DNA of 64,000 nt from an uncultured Thermoleophilia bacterium (GCA_963791345.1 CAWBRS010000021.1:208225-272224), one strand, 5' to 3'. Numbered from the stretch's first letter, positions 37,616 through 47,725 are shown. Program-made: numbers and translations. The notes: generated by a model from the letters alone, not told the origin.

Positions 37616-39458
37616 TCAGAGGCGGGCGAGAGCGCGCGCCAGCCGCCCGCCGAACTCCTCGCCGGCGATCGTCGGCCAGACCGCCGGGAAGCCGGCGATG
37701 AGCTCCTCCATCTCCTGCTGCCGCGCCGCGAGGTAGCGGGCCGCGCCGGCGTCGACGACGATGGTGTTCGGCGCCGGCGCCCCGTCGCCGGGGGCCTGCC
37801 AGCGGCCGTGGGTCAGGTAGTCGCGCACGAGACCGCTGGCGACGACCGCGTCCTGCAGGTCGCCGAGGTGGTCCTGGAGGCCCTTCATGGTGGCGATCAG
37901 GGGCAGCGCGCCGCGCCCCAGCGGCGCCGCGAAGAACTCGAGCGTGTAGCGCAGCGCCTTGCCGGCGATGCGCAGCTCGTGGAAGCGCGTGAGCGGCGCC
38001 CCCGGCCCGACCAGGGCCCCGGCGCCGAGCACGTCGGCGACGTCGCGGTGCAGCAGCATGGGCAGCACCTGGGCGACGGTGCCTTGGCCGCCCGGTGCAG
38101 ACAGTCGCTCGGGCGGCTCCTCGAGCAGCTCCGCCATGCGTTCGACGAAGCGACGATACCGCCGGCCGTCGAGGTAGGCGATGAGCTCGGCGCGACGCGC
38201 GGCGTACTCGAGGTCCCACGCCGCGAGCAGGCCGTCGAGCTCACCGCGACGGCGCTGCGGCAGCCGCTCGACGTACTTGACGGCCTTGCCCTTGAAGACG
38301 TCGAGGTCGCGCACCACGCCGAGGCGGCGCCCGGTGCGGCGCATGCCCTTCAGCGCGGGGTGCACCTCCTGCGTGTCGAGATACGGGGCGAAGATGCGCA
38401 GCGCCATGCGCATGCGCCGTGTGGCGACGCGCATGTCGTGCAGTTCCTCGGGATCGTCGCCGAGGCGGGTCCCCTTCTCGTGCGCGAGCATCTTGTTGAA
38501 GTGCAGGCGCAGCACCTTGACGGCGGCGAGCGCCATCGTGTCGTCGCGCTCGATCGGCGGCCGTTTGCGGCGCACCTGAGCGCGGTCCGGGGCTCGGGGA
38601 CGACGGCATCGCGGCCTCGGCGGCGGCGGCGTCGACGACCGCCGTGGCCACGGCTCCCGCCGCCGCTTCGGGCACGGCCGCCTCGGGCGCGGCAGGTGCG
38701 GCCGCCCCCGCCGCCGCGGAGGGGTCGTCGGCGGTCGCGACGACAGACTCGGCGTCGGTGGCCGCCGTGACGGCCCCGCGGTCGGGCGTTGGGCCGGGCG
38801 TTGAGCCGGGCGGGTCGGCCGTCGGCGCCGCCGTGCCGGTCGGCACGGCGGCGCCGAGGCACTCGAGCGCGCGGGCGAACTTGGCCCGGCTCTCGGGCTT
38901 GAGGCGGAAGCGGCGACGCAGGGCCCTGGTCAGCGTGGCCAGGTCATCCTCATCGCCGTCACCGCGCAGCTCGAGCTCGAGCTCGAGCCAGCCGCGCTCC
39001 CCGGCGTCGCCGACGACCTCGACCTCGTCGAGGCTCAGCTCGCCGACCTCGCGCTCGCCGTCGGAGACGACACGCGTGCGGCGCCGCTGACGGAGCTCGA
39101 CGAGCGGCGCCAGCGACGCCCCTCGAGCCACCGACTCGACGCGCTTGCGCAGCTCACCCTGGGGCCACTCCTTGACCGGCACGTCCACGGCGACGAGGGC
39201 CTCGAGCTCCTCGCGGCGCAGCACGCCGTCGGCGGCCGTCGCCAGCCCCTTGAGCGTGAGGCGCACACCGTCGCCCGTCTCCCGCCGGCGCAGGTAGTAG
39301 CCGGCCGTGAGGAAGCGGCGGTCCGCCGTGTCGAGGAAGACGTCGCCGTCGCGCCGGTCGGCGACCGCGCCGAGCGCGTAGCCGGCGAGCCGGCGGGCGC
39401 GGGCGAGCCGCTCCAGCGTGTCGTCGTCGGGTACCGCGAACTTGGCCTCGATCTCCAT
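37616..39458 (-). CDS. CYTH (triphosphate tunnel) - CHAD fusion protein; one frame break
   Basis: The N-terminus MEIEAKFAVPDD..RLTLKG..RREELE.. is CYTH. An Ala/Pro-rich linker follows. The CHAD region contains HDMRVATRRMRMALRIF..HELRIAGKALRYTLEFF. The break lies near 38590. I prefer the ATG at 39458, 9 nt after GGGGGAGG. Confidence 0.8.
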
Positions 39459-39463
39459 GCCGC

Positions 39464-39952
39464 TCAACCTCCCCCGAGCTGCGAGGGCGGCAGGAGCCAG
39501 GCGAGCTCGGCCGCCTTGAGGTCACCGTCGGCGGCGTCGACGCGCGCCAGGCCGCCCTTCTTGCACACGACGCGCCCGCCGCCGATGAGAGCGCCGATGA
39601 CGCTGCTGAAGTCGGGCTCGTGCCCGACCAGCATCAGCGCCTTCGGCGTGCCGTGCCCGGCGACGACGGCGCGCAGCGCCCTGACGTCGAGCCCGCCGGC
39701 CAGGCGCTCGTCCTCGACCACGCCGACTCCCGGGCCGGCGGCCTCGGCGACGATCTCGGCCGTGCGCCGCGCACGTACCAGGGGGCTGGTCACGATGACC
39801 TTGAGCCCGAGGCTCATGGCGGCGATGGTCCGCGCTTCGCGCGCCATCGCCGCTTCGCCCTCGGGCGTCAGCGGCCGCAGATCGTCGTCCCCGCTCCAGT
39901 CGGCGCGCGCCATCGCCCGCCCGTGGCGCAGGAAGTACAGCTTGACGGCCAC
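39464..39952 (-). CDS. SixA-type phosphohistidine phosphatase (histidine phosphatase superfamily)
   Basis: Motifs VKLYFLRHGRA (RHG motif) and LMLVGHEPDFS. The GTG start lies 2 nt after the ppk stop. Confidence 0.75.
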   Translation of the reverse strand: MAVKLYFLRHGRAMARADWSGDDDLRPLTPEGEAAMAREARTIAAMSLGLKVIVTSPLVRARRTAEIVAEAAGPGVGVVEDERLAGGLDVRALRAVVAGHGTPKALMLVGHEPDFSSVIGALIGGGRVVCKKGGLARVDAADGDLKAAELAWLLPPSQLGGG

Positions 39953-39954
39953 GC

Positions 39955-42252
39955 CTACTCCCCTCGCTCCCACGCCGCCTCGCGGGCGCGGGCGACGTAG
40001 TGCTCCTGGGCGTCGAGCGGCGTCTCGTCGGGCCCCGGGCTGAGACGCTCCCAGCTGCCGTCCGGGTGGAGCACACGGCCCTTCACGTTGTCGGCGAGGT
40101 AGGTGGCGAGGATGTCGTCCCTGATCTGGCGCACGATGCCGCGGTCGAGCACCGGGAAGAGGATCTCGACGCGACGGTTCAGGTTGCGCGGCATGAGGTC
40201 GGCGCTGCCCAGCAGCACCTCCTCGTCGCCGCCGTTGCGGAACCAGTAGATGCGGCTGTGCTCGAGGAAGCGGCCGACGATGCTCTTCTCGGTGATGTTC
40301 TCGCTGACCCCCGGGATGCCGGGTCGCAGGCAGCACATCCCGCGCACGATGAGCTCGACCTTCACGCCGGCCTGCGAGGCCCGGTAGAGCCTGCGGATCA
40401 TCGGCTTGTCGACGAGGGAGTTCATCTTGAAGACGAGGTGCGCCTCCTCCCCGCGCCGCGCGTGCTCGATCTCGCGGTCGATGCGCTCGGCGACCTGGCG
40501 GCGCATGTGCTGCGGGGCGACGAGGAAGCGCCGGTACTGCACCTCGGCGGCGTAGCCGGTGAGGGCGTTGAAGACGGCGGACGCGTCGGCGCCCATGTCC
40601 TCGTCGCAGGTGAGGTAGCCGAGGTCGGTGTACTGGCGCGTGGTGACGCTGTTGTAGTTGCCGGTCCCGAGGTGGACGTAGCGCCGCACGCGGCCGCCCT
40701 CGCGACGCACGATGAGCATGATCTTGGAGTGCGTCTTGAGGCCGAGGAGGCCGTAGACGACGTGCACGCCCTCGTGCTCGAGCGCCCGCGCCCAGCCGAT
40801 GTTGCTCTCCTCGTCGAAGCGCGCCTTGAGCTCGAGCAGGACGGCGACCTGCTTGCCGTTGCGCGCCGCCTCCATGAGCTGCTCGACGACCGGCGCGTTG
40901 CGGCCCACGCGGTAGAGCGTCGTCTTGATGGCCAGCACGTCGGGGTCGTCGGCCGCGGCGCGCAGCAGCTCGACGACGGGGTCGAACGAGTCGTACGGGT
41001 GATGGAGCAGCACGTCGCGCTGACGGATGGCGGCGAAGAGGTCGGTGCCCTCGACGCCCTCGAAGGCCGCCGGCAGCGATTGCACGAGCGGCGCGTACTT
41101 GAGGTCGGGGCGGTCGACGTCGGCCGCGCCCCAGAGGCTGCTCAGGCCGAGCGGCGCCGCCACCGGGTAGAGCTCGTCCTCGGTGAGCTCGAGGTTCTCG
41201 CGCAGGATGTGACGCACGTGCTCGGGCATCGTGTCGTCGATGGTCACGCGGATGACCGAGCCGAAGCGGCGCCGCTGGACGAAGGCCTCGATCGTCTCGA
41301 GGAGGTCGTCGGCCTCGAGCTCCTGGATCGCGAGCTCGGCGTCGCGCGTCACCCGGAAGGGGTGCGCCTCGAGCACCTCGAGCCCCGGGAAGAGGGCGTC
41401 GAGGTTGGCGGCGATGACCTCCTCGAGCCAGGTGAACCAGCGCTCGCCCTCGGCGGCCGGTGCCTCGGGGCGCCGGCCGGCGGCGGGCGCCGGCGCCGGC
41501 ACCAGCCGCGGCAGCGACCGCGGCACCTTGACGCGCGCGAAGCGCGTCTCGCCCTGCGGGTCGCGGATCAGCACGGCGAGGTTGAGGCTCATGTTGGAGA
41601 TGTGCGGGAACGGCCGCCCGGGGTCGAAGGCGAGCGGCGTGAGGACCGGGTAGACCTGCTCGTCGAAGTAGGCGCGGAGCGCCACGCGCTGCCCCTCGTC
41701 GAGGGCGTCGTGGCCGACGATGTGGATGCCGGCCGCCTCGAGCTCGGGCAGCAGCTCGCTGAAACAGTGGCGCGCGTCCTTCATGAGCTGCCAGGCGCGC
41801 TCGCGCACGAGCGGCAGCAGCCGCTGCGGCGTGTAGCCGTCGGCGGACTCCTCGGTCACGCCGGCCTCGACCTGCTGGCGCAGGCCGGCGATGCGCACCA
41901 TGAAGAACTCGCCCAGGATCGAGCCGATGATGCCGACGAACTTGACGCGCTCGAGCAGCGGGTTGCCGGGGTCGCGCGCCTCGTCGAGCACGCGCTCGAA
42001 GAAGTCGAGCATGCTGAGCTCGCGGTTGGTGTAGAGCTCGGGGCGCCGCAGATCGGCGTCGGGGTCGGTCTCGGGTGCGACCGCGGTCTCGGCGGACGCC
42101 GTGACGTCGCCGTCACTCGCCGCCGCTGCTGCCTCGGTGGCCTCGACCGCGGCAGCCGGGGCTCCCGTCGAGTCCGTCGTCGCGCCCGCGGCGGCCTCCG
42201 TCGCCGGCGCCGCCGTCATCTTCTCCTCCACGAGTGCCTCCCCGTCCGGCAC
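39955..42252 (-). CDS. ppk: Polyphosphate kinase 1
   Basis: Intact 765-aa ORF. Motifs YTNRELSMLDFFERVL, FFMVRIAGL, HSKIMLIVRREGGRVRRYVHLGTGNYN and GSADLMPRNLNRRVE. Confidence 0.92.
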   Translation of the reverse strand: MPDGEALVEEKMTAAPATEAAAGATTDSTGAPAAAVEATEAAAAASDGDVTASAETAVAPETDPDADLRRPELYTNRELSMLDFFERVLDEARDPGNPLLERVKFVGIIGSILGEFFMVRIAGLRQQVEAGVTEESADGYTPQRLLPLVRERAWQLMKDARHCFSELLPELEAAGIHIVGHDALDEGQRVALRAYFDEQVYPVLTPLAFDPGRPFPHISNMSLNLAVLIRDPQGETRFARVKVPRSLPRLVPAPAPAAGRRPEAPAAEGERWFTWLEEVIAANLDALFPGLEVLEAHPFRVTRDAELAIQELEADDLLETIEAFVQRRRFGSVIRVTIDDTMPEHVRHILRENLELTEDELYPVAAPLGLSSLWGAADVDRPDLKYAPLVQSLPAAFEGVEGTDLFAAIRQRDVLLHHPYDSFDPVVELLRAAADDPDVLAIKTTLYRVGRNAPVVEQLMEAARNGKQVAVLLELKARFDEESNIGWARALEHEGVHVVYGLLGLKTHSKIMLIVRREGGRVRRYVHLGTGNYNSVTTRQYTDLGYLTCDEDMGADASAVFNALTGYAAEVQYRRFLVAPQHMRRQVAERIDREIEHARRGEEAHLVFKMNSLVDKPMIRRLYRASQAGVKVELIVRGMCCLRPGIPGVSENITEKSIVGRFLEHSRIYWFRNGGDEEVLLGSADLMPRNLNRRVEILFPVLDRGIVRQIRDDILATYLADNVKGRVLHPDGSWERLSPGPDETPLDAQEHYVARAREAAWERGE

Positions 42253-42401
42253 GCGGCGCCCGCCGGTGACCGCGTCGCCGCCGGTCGCGCGGGTCGCCCG
42301 GGTGCTCGGTCGAACGTCGCCCCTCAGAGCCCGGACCGCAACCTCGCCGCAGAGCGAGGACCGCCAAGTATATGCCCCGTGTGTGAGCGCGCAACGCGAG
42401 C

Positions 42402-42437
42402 GGCGGGCGGCCGGGTCGTCAGACCCGGCCGCCCGCC
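42402..42437 (-). terminator. GC-rich hairpin downstream of the NifU-like gene
   Basis: 16-bp stem ggcgggcggccgggtc / gacccggccgcccgcc with loop gtca. Confidence 0.45.
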
Positions 42438-42463
42438 GCGACGTCGAGGCGCGCGGTGCGCCG

Positions 42464-42697
42464 TCAGAAGCCCATGTTCTCGACGCGGTCCACGCCGGGG
42501 ACCACGTTCTTGAGGTGGCGCTCCACCCCGTTGGTCAGCGTGAGCTGCGACATCGGGCAGCCTGCACAGGCGCCCTGGAGGCGTACCTGGACGACACCGT
42601 CCACCACGTCGACGAGCTCGATGTCGCCGCCGTCGGCCTGGAGAGCCGGGCGGACGTCGGCGAGAGCCTTCTCGACCTGCTCTTTGATCTCGGTCAT
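42464..42697 (-). CDS. NifU-like (Nfu C-terminal type) Fe-S scaffold/carrier
   Basis: Intact 77-aa ORF. Motifs ADGGDIELVDV and LQGACAGCPMSQLT. Confidence 0.85.
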   Translation of the reverse strand: MTEIKEQVEKALADVRPALQADGGDIELVDVVDGVVQVRLQGACAGCPMSQLTLTNGVERHLKNVVPGVDRVENMGF

Positions 42698-43149
42698 TGC
42701 TGGTTCACCTCCTCGTCGCGCTGCGGGCGGCTGCCGCGGAGGGGGTCGCCCTGCCGTGCGGTCAAGGCCGCGAACGTCGTCTGTTCGAGCTCCCCCTTGA
42801 GGAGGGCTTCGACAGAAGTCCAGAAGTCATGCGTGTCGCACGGGGTCTCGGCGCACGGCTCGAGGTTGGCCCGGCAGCGGCACAGCGTGATGGGTCCCTC
42901 GACCGCCTCGTAGACCTCGCGCACGGTGACCTCAGCGGCCGGCCGTGCGAGCACGACGCCGCCGCGATTGCCGCGCTGGGTGCGGACCACCTCGGCACGC
43001 GCCAGCTCGCGGATCACCTTGGCCAGCCCGCTGCTGGGGATGCGCTGCGCGGCGGCGATCTCGTCGGTGTGCACCACGTGACCGGGCCCGCGCTTCGCGA
43101 GCTCGAACACGGCGCGCACCGCGTAGTCTGCCTGGGTCGAGAGTTTCAC
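42694..43149 (-). CDS. Rrf2-family transcriptional regulator (IscR/NsrR-like, Cys-containing)
   Basis: Intact 151-aa ORF. The N-terminus MKLSTQADYAVRAVFELAK carries the wHTH. Cysteines lie in ITLCRCRANLEPCAETPC. It overlaps the downstream gene by 4 nt. Confidence 0.85.
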   Translation of the reverse strand: MKLSTQADYAVRAVFELAKRGPGHVVHTDEIAAAQRIPSSGLAKVIRELARAEVVRTQRGNRGGVVLARPAAEVTVREVYEAVEGPITLCRCRANLEPCAETPCDTHDFWTSVEALLKGELEQTTFAALTARQGDPLRGSRPQRDEEVNQQ

Positions 43150-43327
43150 AGTCCCTTTGTATCAAAAAAGGAGGGATTTGTCTACTTTGACCCTCGTCAA
43201 GGCCGCGGGGCGGGACGCGGCGCGGACCGCGTGGCGGAACGCGAGGCGGAGCGCGGCCACCCGCGGCGGCGCTCCGGAGCGCAGCGCCCCGCGCCCCGCG
43301 CCCCGCGTCCGGCGCCGCCTGAGGATG

Positions 43328-44575
43328 TCAGGCGCCGAGCGGGAGCTCGACGGGCGCCTCGGGCGCGCGCGTGAGCGCGCGCAGGCCGTCGCGCTCGACG
43401 ACGAACGTGTTCTCGACGCCGACGGCGCCCACGCCGGGCAGCACGAACTTGGGCTCGAGGGCGAACACCATGCCCTCCTCGAGCGGCGCGTCGCTCGTCG
43501 TCAGCACGGGCAGCTCGTCGAGCTCGAGCCCCACGCCGTGCCCGATGAAGCGCACCTGCTCGGGGCCGAAGCCCATGAAGTTGGCGCCGAGGCCGCGGCG
43601 CTCCGCCGCCGTCACGGCGGCGTCGTACACGGCCCGGCAGGTCACCCCGGGCCGCGCCGCGGCCACCACCGCGGCCTGCACCTCGAGGGCCACCGCGTAG
43701 GCGTCGCGCACGGGGGCGGGCAGCGGCCCCAGCGAGAGCATCCGCGTGAAGTCGGCCGTGTAGCCCTCGCGGACGGCGACGAAGTCGAAGACGATCGGCT
43801 CGCCGGGCCCGATCGGTCTGAAGCTGACCCCCTGGGCGACGGCGGGGCTCAGACCGGTGCCGGCCAGGGGCGTGTCGAGGAAGCTCGGCGCCGTCGCGCT
43901 CGGCCCGCTCAGGAGCTGCCCGTAGAACATCTCCTGGTTGAAGCCGCGCATGCGGATCACGCCCTGGTGCCCGAGCCGGCGGGCCTCGGCCTCGACCAGC
44001 CCGGCGAACTCGGCCTCGGTGAGGCCGGCGCGCAGCACCCGGGGAGCGAAGGCCCAGACCGCGTCGGCGAGCGCCGCCGCCGCGGCGATGCGCTCGATCT
44101 CGTAGGGCGACTTGACGGCGCGCTGGCGCACGACGGCGCGGCCGACGTCCTCGGCCGCGGCGCCGGGCAGGAGGGCGAGCAGCCGCTCGTAGACGGCGAC
44201 GGGCAGCACGTCGAGCTCGAGGCCGACGCGCCGCGGCAGGCCGCCGGCCATCGCCCGCAGCGCGTCGGTCAAGCCCCGCGGGCCGTCGAGCGCGACGACG
44301 CGAGGCAGCGGCGACTCGCGCCGCGCCCGCTCGACGCTGCGGCGCACGAAGAGCGTCGCCTCCCCCTCGGCCGGCACGTGCAGGTACGACTGCTGCACCG
44401 TGCCGCTGAAGTAGAAGAGGTCGGCGTTCTGAAGGATGAGCGCGGCGTCGAGCTGGCGCTCGCGCAGCGTGAGCTGGAGGCGCGCGAGTCGGCGCTCGAC
44501 CTCGGCCGCCGGGGTCGGCGTCGCGCCGGGCTCGACGAACGGCGGCCCCGCCGCTGCGGGCGGTCGCGCGGCCAT
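43328..44575 (-). CDS. M24-family Xaa-Pro aminopeptidase
   Basis: The start is taken at MAARPP (44575). A creatinase-like N-terminal domain is followed by a pita-bread fold: DFVAVREGYTADFTRM, IGHGVGLELDELP, VFALEP and GVENTFVV. Confidence 0.8.
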   Translation of the reverse strand: MAARPPAAAGPPFVEPGATPTPAAEVERRLARLQLTLRERQLDAALILQNADLFYFSGTVQQSYLHVPAEGEATLFVRRSVERARRESPLPRVVALDGPRGLTDALRAMAGGLPRRVGLELDVLPVAVYERLLALLPGAAAEDVGRAVVRQRAVKSPYEIERIAAAAALADAVWAFAPRVLRAGLTEAEFAGLVEAEARRLGHQGVIRMRGFNQEMFYGQLLSGPSATAPSFLDTPLAGTGLSPAVAQGVSFRPIGPGEPIVFDFVAVREGYTADFTRMLSLGPLPAPVRDAYAVALEVQAAVVAAARPGVTCRAVYDAAVTAAERRGLGANFMGFGPEQVRFIGHGVGLELDELPVLTTSDAPLEEGMVFALEPKFVLPGVGAVGVENTFVVERDGLRALTRAPEAPVELPLGA

Positions 44576-44583
44576 CCCGCGGC

Positions 44584-45588
44584 TCACACGGGCAGGGTCG
44601 TGACCCGCGCCACGACCAGCCCGATGAGCACCGCGGCAGCGATGGCGAAGACCCAGATCTCGCGCGGGCCGAGCGGCCCGCGCAGGCCGCGGTCGCCGAA
44701 GCGCATGAGGGCGGTGATCAGCGCGGCCCCGCCGATGAGGCCGCCGACGTGCCCCTGCCAGGAGATGTTGGGGATCGTGAACGTGATCACGAGGTTGAGG
44801 ACGATGACGAACCCGAGGCTGCGCACGAGCTGCTGCGCCATCAGGTCGCGGCCGCGGTTCATGTAGGCGTAGGCGAAGAGCGCCCCGAAGAGGCCGAAGA
44901 TGGCCCCCGACGCGCCCACCGTCGCCGTCGTCGGCGGCGAGGCGGAGAGCACCAGCACCGAGCCGGCGAACCCGGAGAGGACGTACAGAAGGCTGAAGCG
45001 CACCGAGCCGACGACGCGCTCGAGGTACCCGCCGGCGATGTACAGCGCCCACATGTTGAACAGCAGGTGGAAGACGCCGGCGTGGAGGAACATCGCCGTG
45101 AACAGGCGCCAGTACTCGTCGTTGAGCACGACCAGCGCGGGCACGAGGGCGCCGAACCCGCTCAGCGTGCCGTAGCGCGGCAGCGGCGACCCCAGCGCCT
45201 CGAGCAGGAAGTCGAGCACGAAGACGACGACGTTGGCGGCCAGCAGGGCGCGCGTCACCGGGGCGCCGACGACCGCGCGCCCGCCCGTCGCCCAGCGCGA
45301 GCGCATCTGGTCGCGCGTGATCACGCGCGCCCTTGTCGACCCGGTCGACCCGGTCGACCCGGCCTGCTGCTCTCTCATGCACTCGGGGCAGCGGAACCCG
45401 ACCGCGGCCGGGATCATGCACTCGTAGCAGATCGGCCGGCCGCAGTTGGCGCACGACACGCCGGTCTCACGGTCGTGGTGCCGGTAGCAGTAGCTGACCT
45501 CGAGGTCGTCGGGCATGGCGATCTCGAAGTCGGGGGGCAGCTCGGAGGGCGGCGGCGCGGGCGGGGTCGGGAGCTCGGGGTCCGCCAT
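44584..45588 (-). CDS. Rhomboid-family intramembrane serine protease with an N-terminal zinc ribbon
   Basis: The start is at MADPELP. The zinc ribbon is CYRHHDRETGVSCANCGRPICYECM..RCPEC. Rhomboid motifs are FLHAGVFHLLFNM and GASGAIFG. Confidence 0.8.
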   Translation of the reverse strand: MADPELPTPPAPPPSELPPDFEIAMPDDLEVSYCYRHHDRETGVSCANCGRPICYECMIPAAVGFRCPECMREQQAGSTGSTGSTRARVITRDQMRSRWATGGRAVVGAPVTRALLAANVVVFVLDFLLEALGSPLPRYGTLSGFGALVPALVVLNDEYWRLFTAMFLHAGVFHLLFNMWALYIAGGYLERVVGSVRFSLLYVLSGFAGSVLVLSASPPTTATVGASGAIFGLFGALFAYAYMNRGRDLMAQQLVRSLGFVIVLNLVITFTIPNISWQGHVGGLIGGAALITALMRFGDRGLRGPLGPREIWVFAIAAAVLIGLVVARVTTLPV

Positions 45589-46022
45589 CAGCCCTCCCGG
45601 GTCGCGACCGGGAGGCGCCCGAAGAGCTCGAGGAGCCAGTCGGGCAGGGCGACGGCGCGCCCGCTGCCGGCGTCGACGCAGGCCAGCCGCGTCCAGCCGG
45701 TGGTGACCAGCTCGCCGTCGCGCGTCACCTCGTAGTCGAAGTCGAAGGACGCCGGCCCGACGCGCCCCCTGAGGAGCGTGACGTCGAGGAGGTCGTCGAG
45801 GTGTGCCGGTCGCCGGTAGCGCACGCGCGCCTCGATCACCGGCAGGTGGAACCCGCGGGCCTCGACCTCGGTGATCGGGCAGCCGAGCGCGCGCAGCAGC
45901 TCGACGCGCGCGACCTCGAAGTAGACGAGGTAGTTGGCGTAGTAGGCGACGCCGGCGGCGTCGGTGTCGGCGTAGCGCACGCGCACCTGGGTCGTGAAGC
46001 GCGGCGCCTCGAGGGCATCCAT
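45588..46022 (-). CDS. YbgC/4HBT-type acyl-CoA thioesterase (hotdog fold)
   Basis: The N-terminus is MDALEAPRFTTQVRVRYADTDAAGVAYYANYLVYFEVAR. Its stop overlaps the rhomboid start (TGATG). Confidence 0.8.
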   Translation of the reverse strand: MDALEAPRFTTQVRVRYADTDAAGVAYYANYLVYFEVARVELLRALGCPITEVEARGFHLPVIEARVRYRRPAHLDDLLDVTLLRGRVGPASFDFDYEVTRDGELVTTGWTRLACVDAGSGRAVALPDWLLELFGRLPVATREG

Positions 46023-46122
46023 GGATTCGAGTGTAGCACAGGGTCGTCCGCGGCCCGGACCGGCCTCGACGGCGGCCGGCGACGCCCGGCGCGGCGCCGG
46101 CCCGGAGCAGGGCCGCGAAAGA

Positions 46123-46159
46123 GGGCGGGCGCGGCGCCGTGATGGCGCCGCGCCCGCCC
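46123..46159 (-). terminator. GC-rich hairpin downstream of the aminotransferase gene
   Basis: 16-bp stem gggcgggcgcggcgcc / ggcgccgcgcccgccc. Confidence 0.45.
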
Positions 46160-46201
46160 GCGCTCGTCCGCCGGCGCGCTCGCGCCGGCTCGCCGCCTCG
46201 C

Positions 46202-47476
46202 TCAGGCGAACACGACCTTGGCGGCCTCGTCGAAGATGCCGATCGCGAGGTCCATCTCGGCGTCGCTGATGCTGAGCGGCGGCAGGAAGCGCACGCCGTT
46301 GCCCTGCGAGCAGGCGCCCATGAGGATGACCTTGTGCTTCTGGCACTCGGCGATGAACGCCTTGGCGACCGCGGCGTTGGGCTCCTTGGTGCCGGGCTGC
46401 ACGCACTCGATGGCGAGCATGAGACCCTTGCCGCGCGCCTCGCCGATGACGGGGTACTGGGCCTGCTTGTCCTTCCAGAACTTGAGCAGCTTCTCGCCCT
46501 GCTTCGCCGCGTTGGCGAGCATGCCGTCCTCGACCATCGCGTCCATGGTCGCGACACCGGCGGCGCAGGCCACGGCGTTGCCGCCGTAGGTGCCGCCCAT
46601 CGAGCCGGGCAGGCACTTGTCCCAGAGCTCGTGGCTCGCGGCGATGGCGCCGAGCGGGTAGCCGCTGGCGATGCCCTTGGCCATCGTGAGGATGTCGGGC
46701 TTGATGCCGTAGTGCTCGTGGCAGAACCAGGTGCCCGTGCGGCCCATGCCGGCCTGGATCTCGTCGACGATCAGGCAGGCGCCGATCTCGTCGGCGATGC
46801 CGCGGAGCTGCTGCATGAACTCGGGCGTCGGCACGATGAAGCCGCCCTCGCCCTGGATGGGCTCGACGATGATGGCGGCCACGTCGTCGCCGTAGATCTC
46901 GGCGCGCAGCACGCGGCGCACGTCCTCGATGGCGTAGGCCGTCGGGTCCTCGCTGGCCGGCGTGCGGAACGGATAGCAGTAGCGGGCGTGGTAGATGCAC
47001 GGCACGAGCGGCTCGTGATGGCCGCGGTAGTGCACGGCGGAGTCGGTGAGCGCCATGGTGAGGTGCGTGCGGCCGTGGAAGGCGCCCTGGAAGGCGATGA
47101 TGCCGGGGCGCCGCGTGGCCTGCTTGGCCAGCTTGACCGCGTTCTCGACCGCCTCGGCGCCCGAGTTGGCGAACATGATCTCGTCCATGCCGTCGGGCAG
47201 GATGCCGACGAGCTTCTCGGCCAGCTCGAGCATGGGGCCGTGGCGGTAGATGTTCATCTGCGCGTGCGGGAGCTTGGCGGCCTGCTCCTGCACCGCCTTG
47301 ACGACCTTGGGGTGGCAGTGGCCGGTGTTGACCACGGCGATACCGACGACGAAGTCGAGCCACTTGCCCCCGTCGGTGTCGTAGACCCAGCTGCCCTCGG
47401 CGTGGTCGAGCGTGATCGGCGCCACCGGCCCGAGGAAGTGGGGCATGTGCTTCATGTGAGCGGGCTTGTCTGCCAT
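46202..47476 (-). CDS. Class-III PLP aminotransferase (4-aminobutyrate aminotransferase-like)
   Basis: Intact 424-aa ORF with a GGAGG RBS. Motifs FANSGAEAVENAVKLA, IVDEIQAGMGRTG and TMAKGIASGYPLG. Confidence 0.85.
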   Translation of the reverse strand: MADKPAHMKHMPHFLGPVAPITLDHAEGSWVYDTDGGKWLDFVVGIAVVNTGHCHPKVVKAVQEQAAKLPHAQMNIYRHGPMLELAEKLVGILPDGMDEIMFANSGAEAVENAVKLAKQATRRPGIIAFQGAFHGRTHLTMALTDSAVHYRGHHEPLVPCIYHARYCYPFRTPASEDPTAYAIEDVRRVLRAEIYGDDVAAIIVEPIQGEGGFIVPTPEFMQQLRGIADEIGACLIVDEIQAGMGRTGTWFCHEHYGIKPDILTMAKGIASGYPLGAIAASHELWDKCLPGSMGGTYGGNAVACAAGVATMDAMVEDGMLANAAKQGEKLLKFWKDKQAQYPVIGEARGKGLMLAIECVQPGTKEPNAAVAKAFIAECQKHKVILMGACSQGNGVRFLPPLSISDAEMDLAIGIFDEAAKVVFA

Positions 47477-47696
47477 GGACGGAACCTCCGTAGAGAGCCT
47501 TCTGCCGGGACGACGCGCATGGACGACCTCGGGGCCGCTCCCGCGGGCGGGCGACGGCGCCGCGAGCCCTGCTCGCAGCGGACGAGCAGGGGTCGAGCGG
47601 TACTCTAGCAGACGCTCCCCTCCGCCTCAGTACAAGGCCGCGCGTGCAGGCCACTATTCGACGTCCGCGTTTGGACATTCCGTACAGTGCGGCGCG

Positions 47697-47725
47697 TTGA
47701 CAGGCCAGGTCGCGTGCGGTAGATT
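47697..47725 (+). promoter_or_regulatory. Sigma-70-type promoter of rex
   Basis: TTGACA (47697-47702), a 17-nt spacer, then TAGATT (47720-47725), about 70 nt upstream of the start at 47793. Confidence 0.6.

Noticed and set aside
43150-43330. A plus-strand AAGGAGG-like sequence followed by ORF 43157-44866(+) in the Rrf2 upstream region, as a new gene.
   Set aside because: The ORF is antisense to the M24 peptidase and has an Arg/Ala-rich artefactual translation. The AT-rich patch is better explained as the promoter, operator and RBS region of the minus-strand Rrf2 gene.
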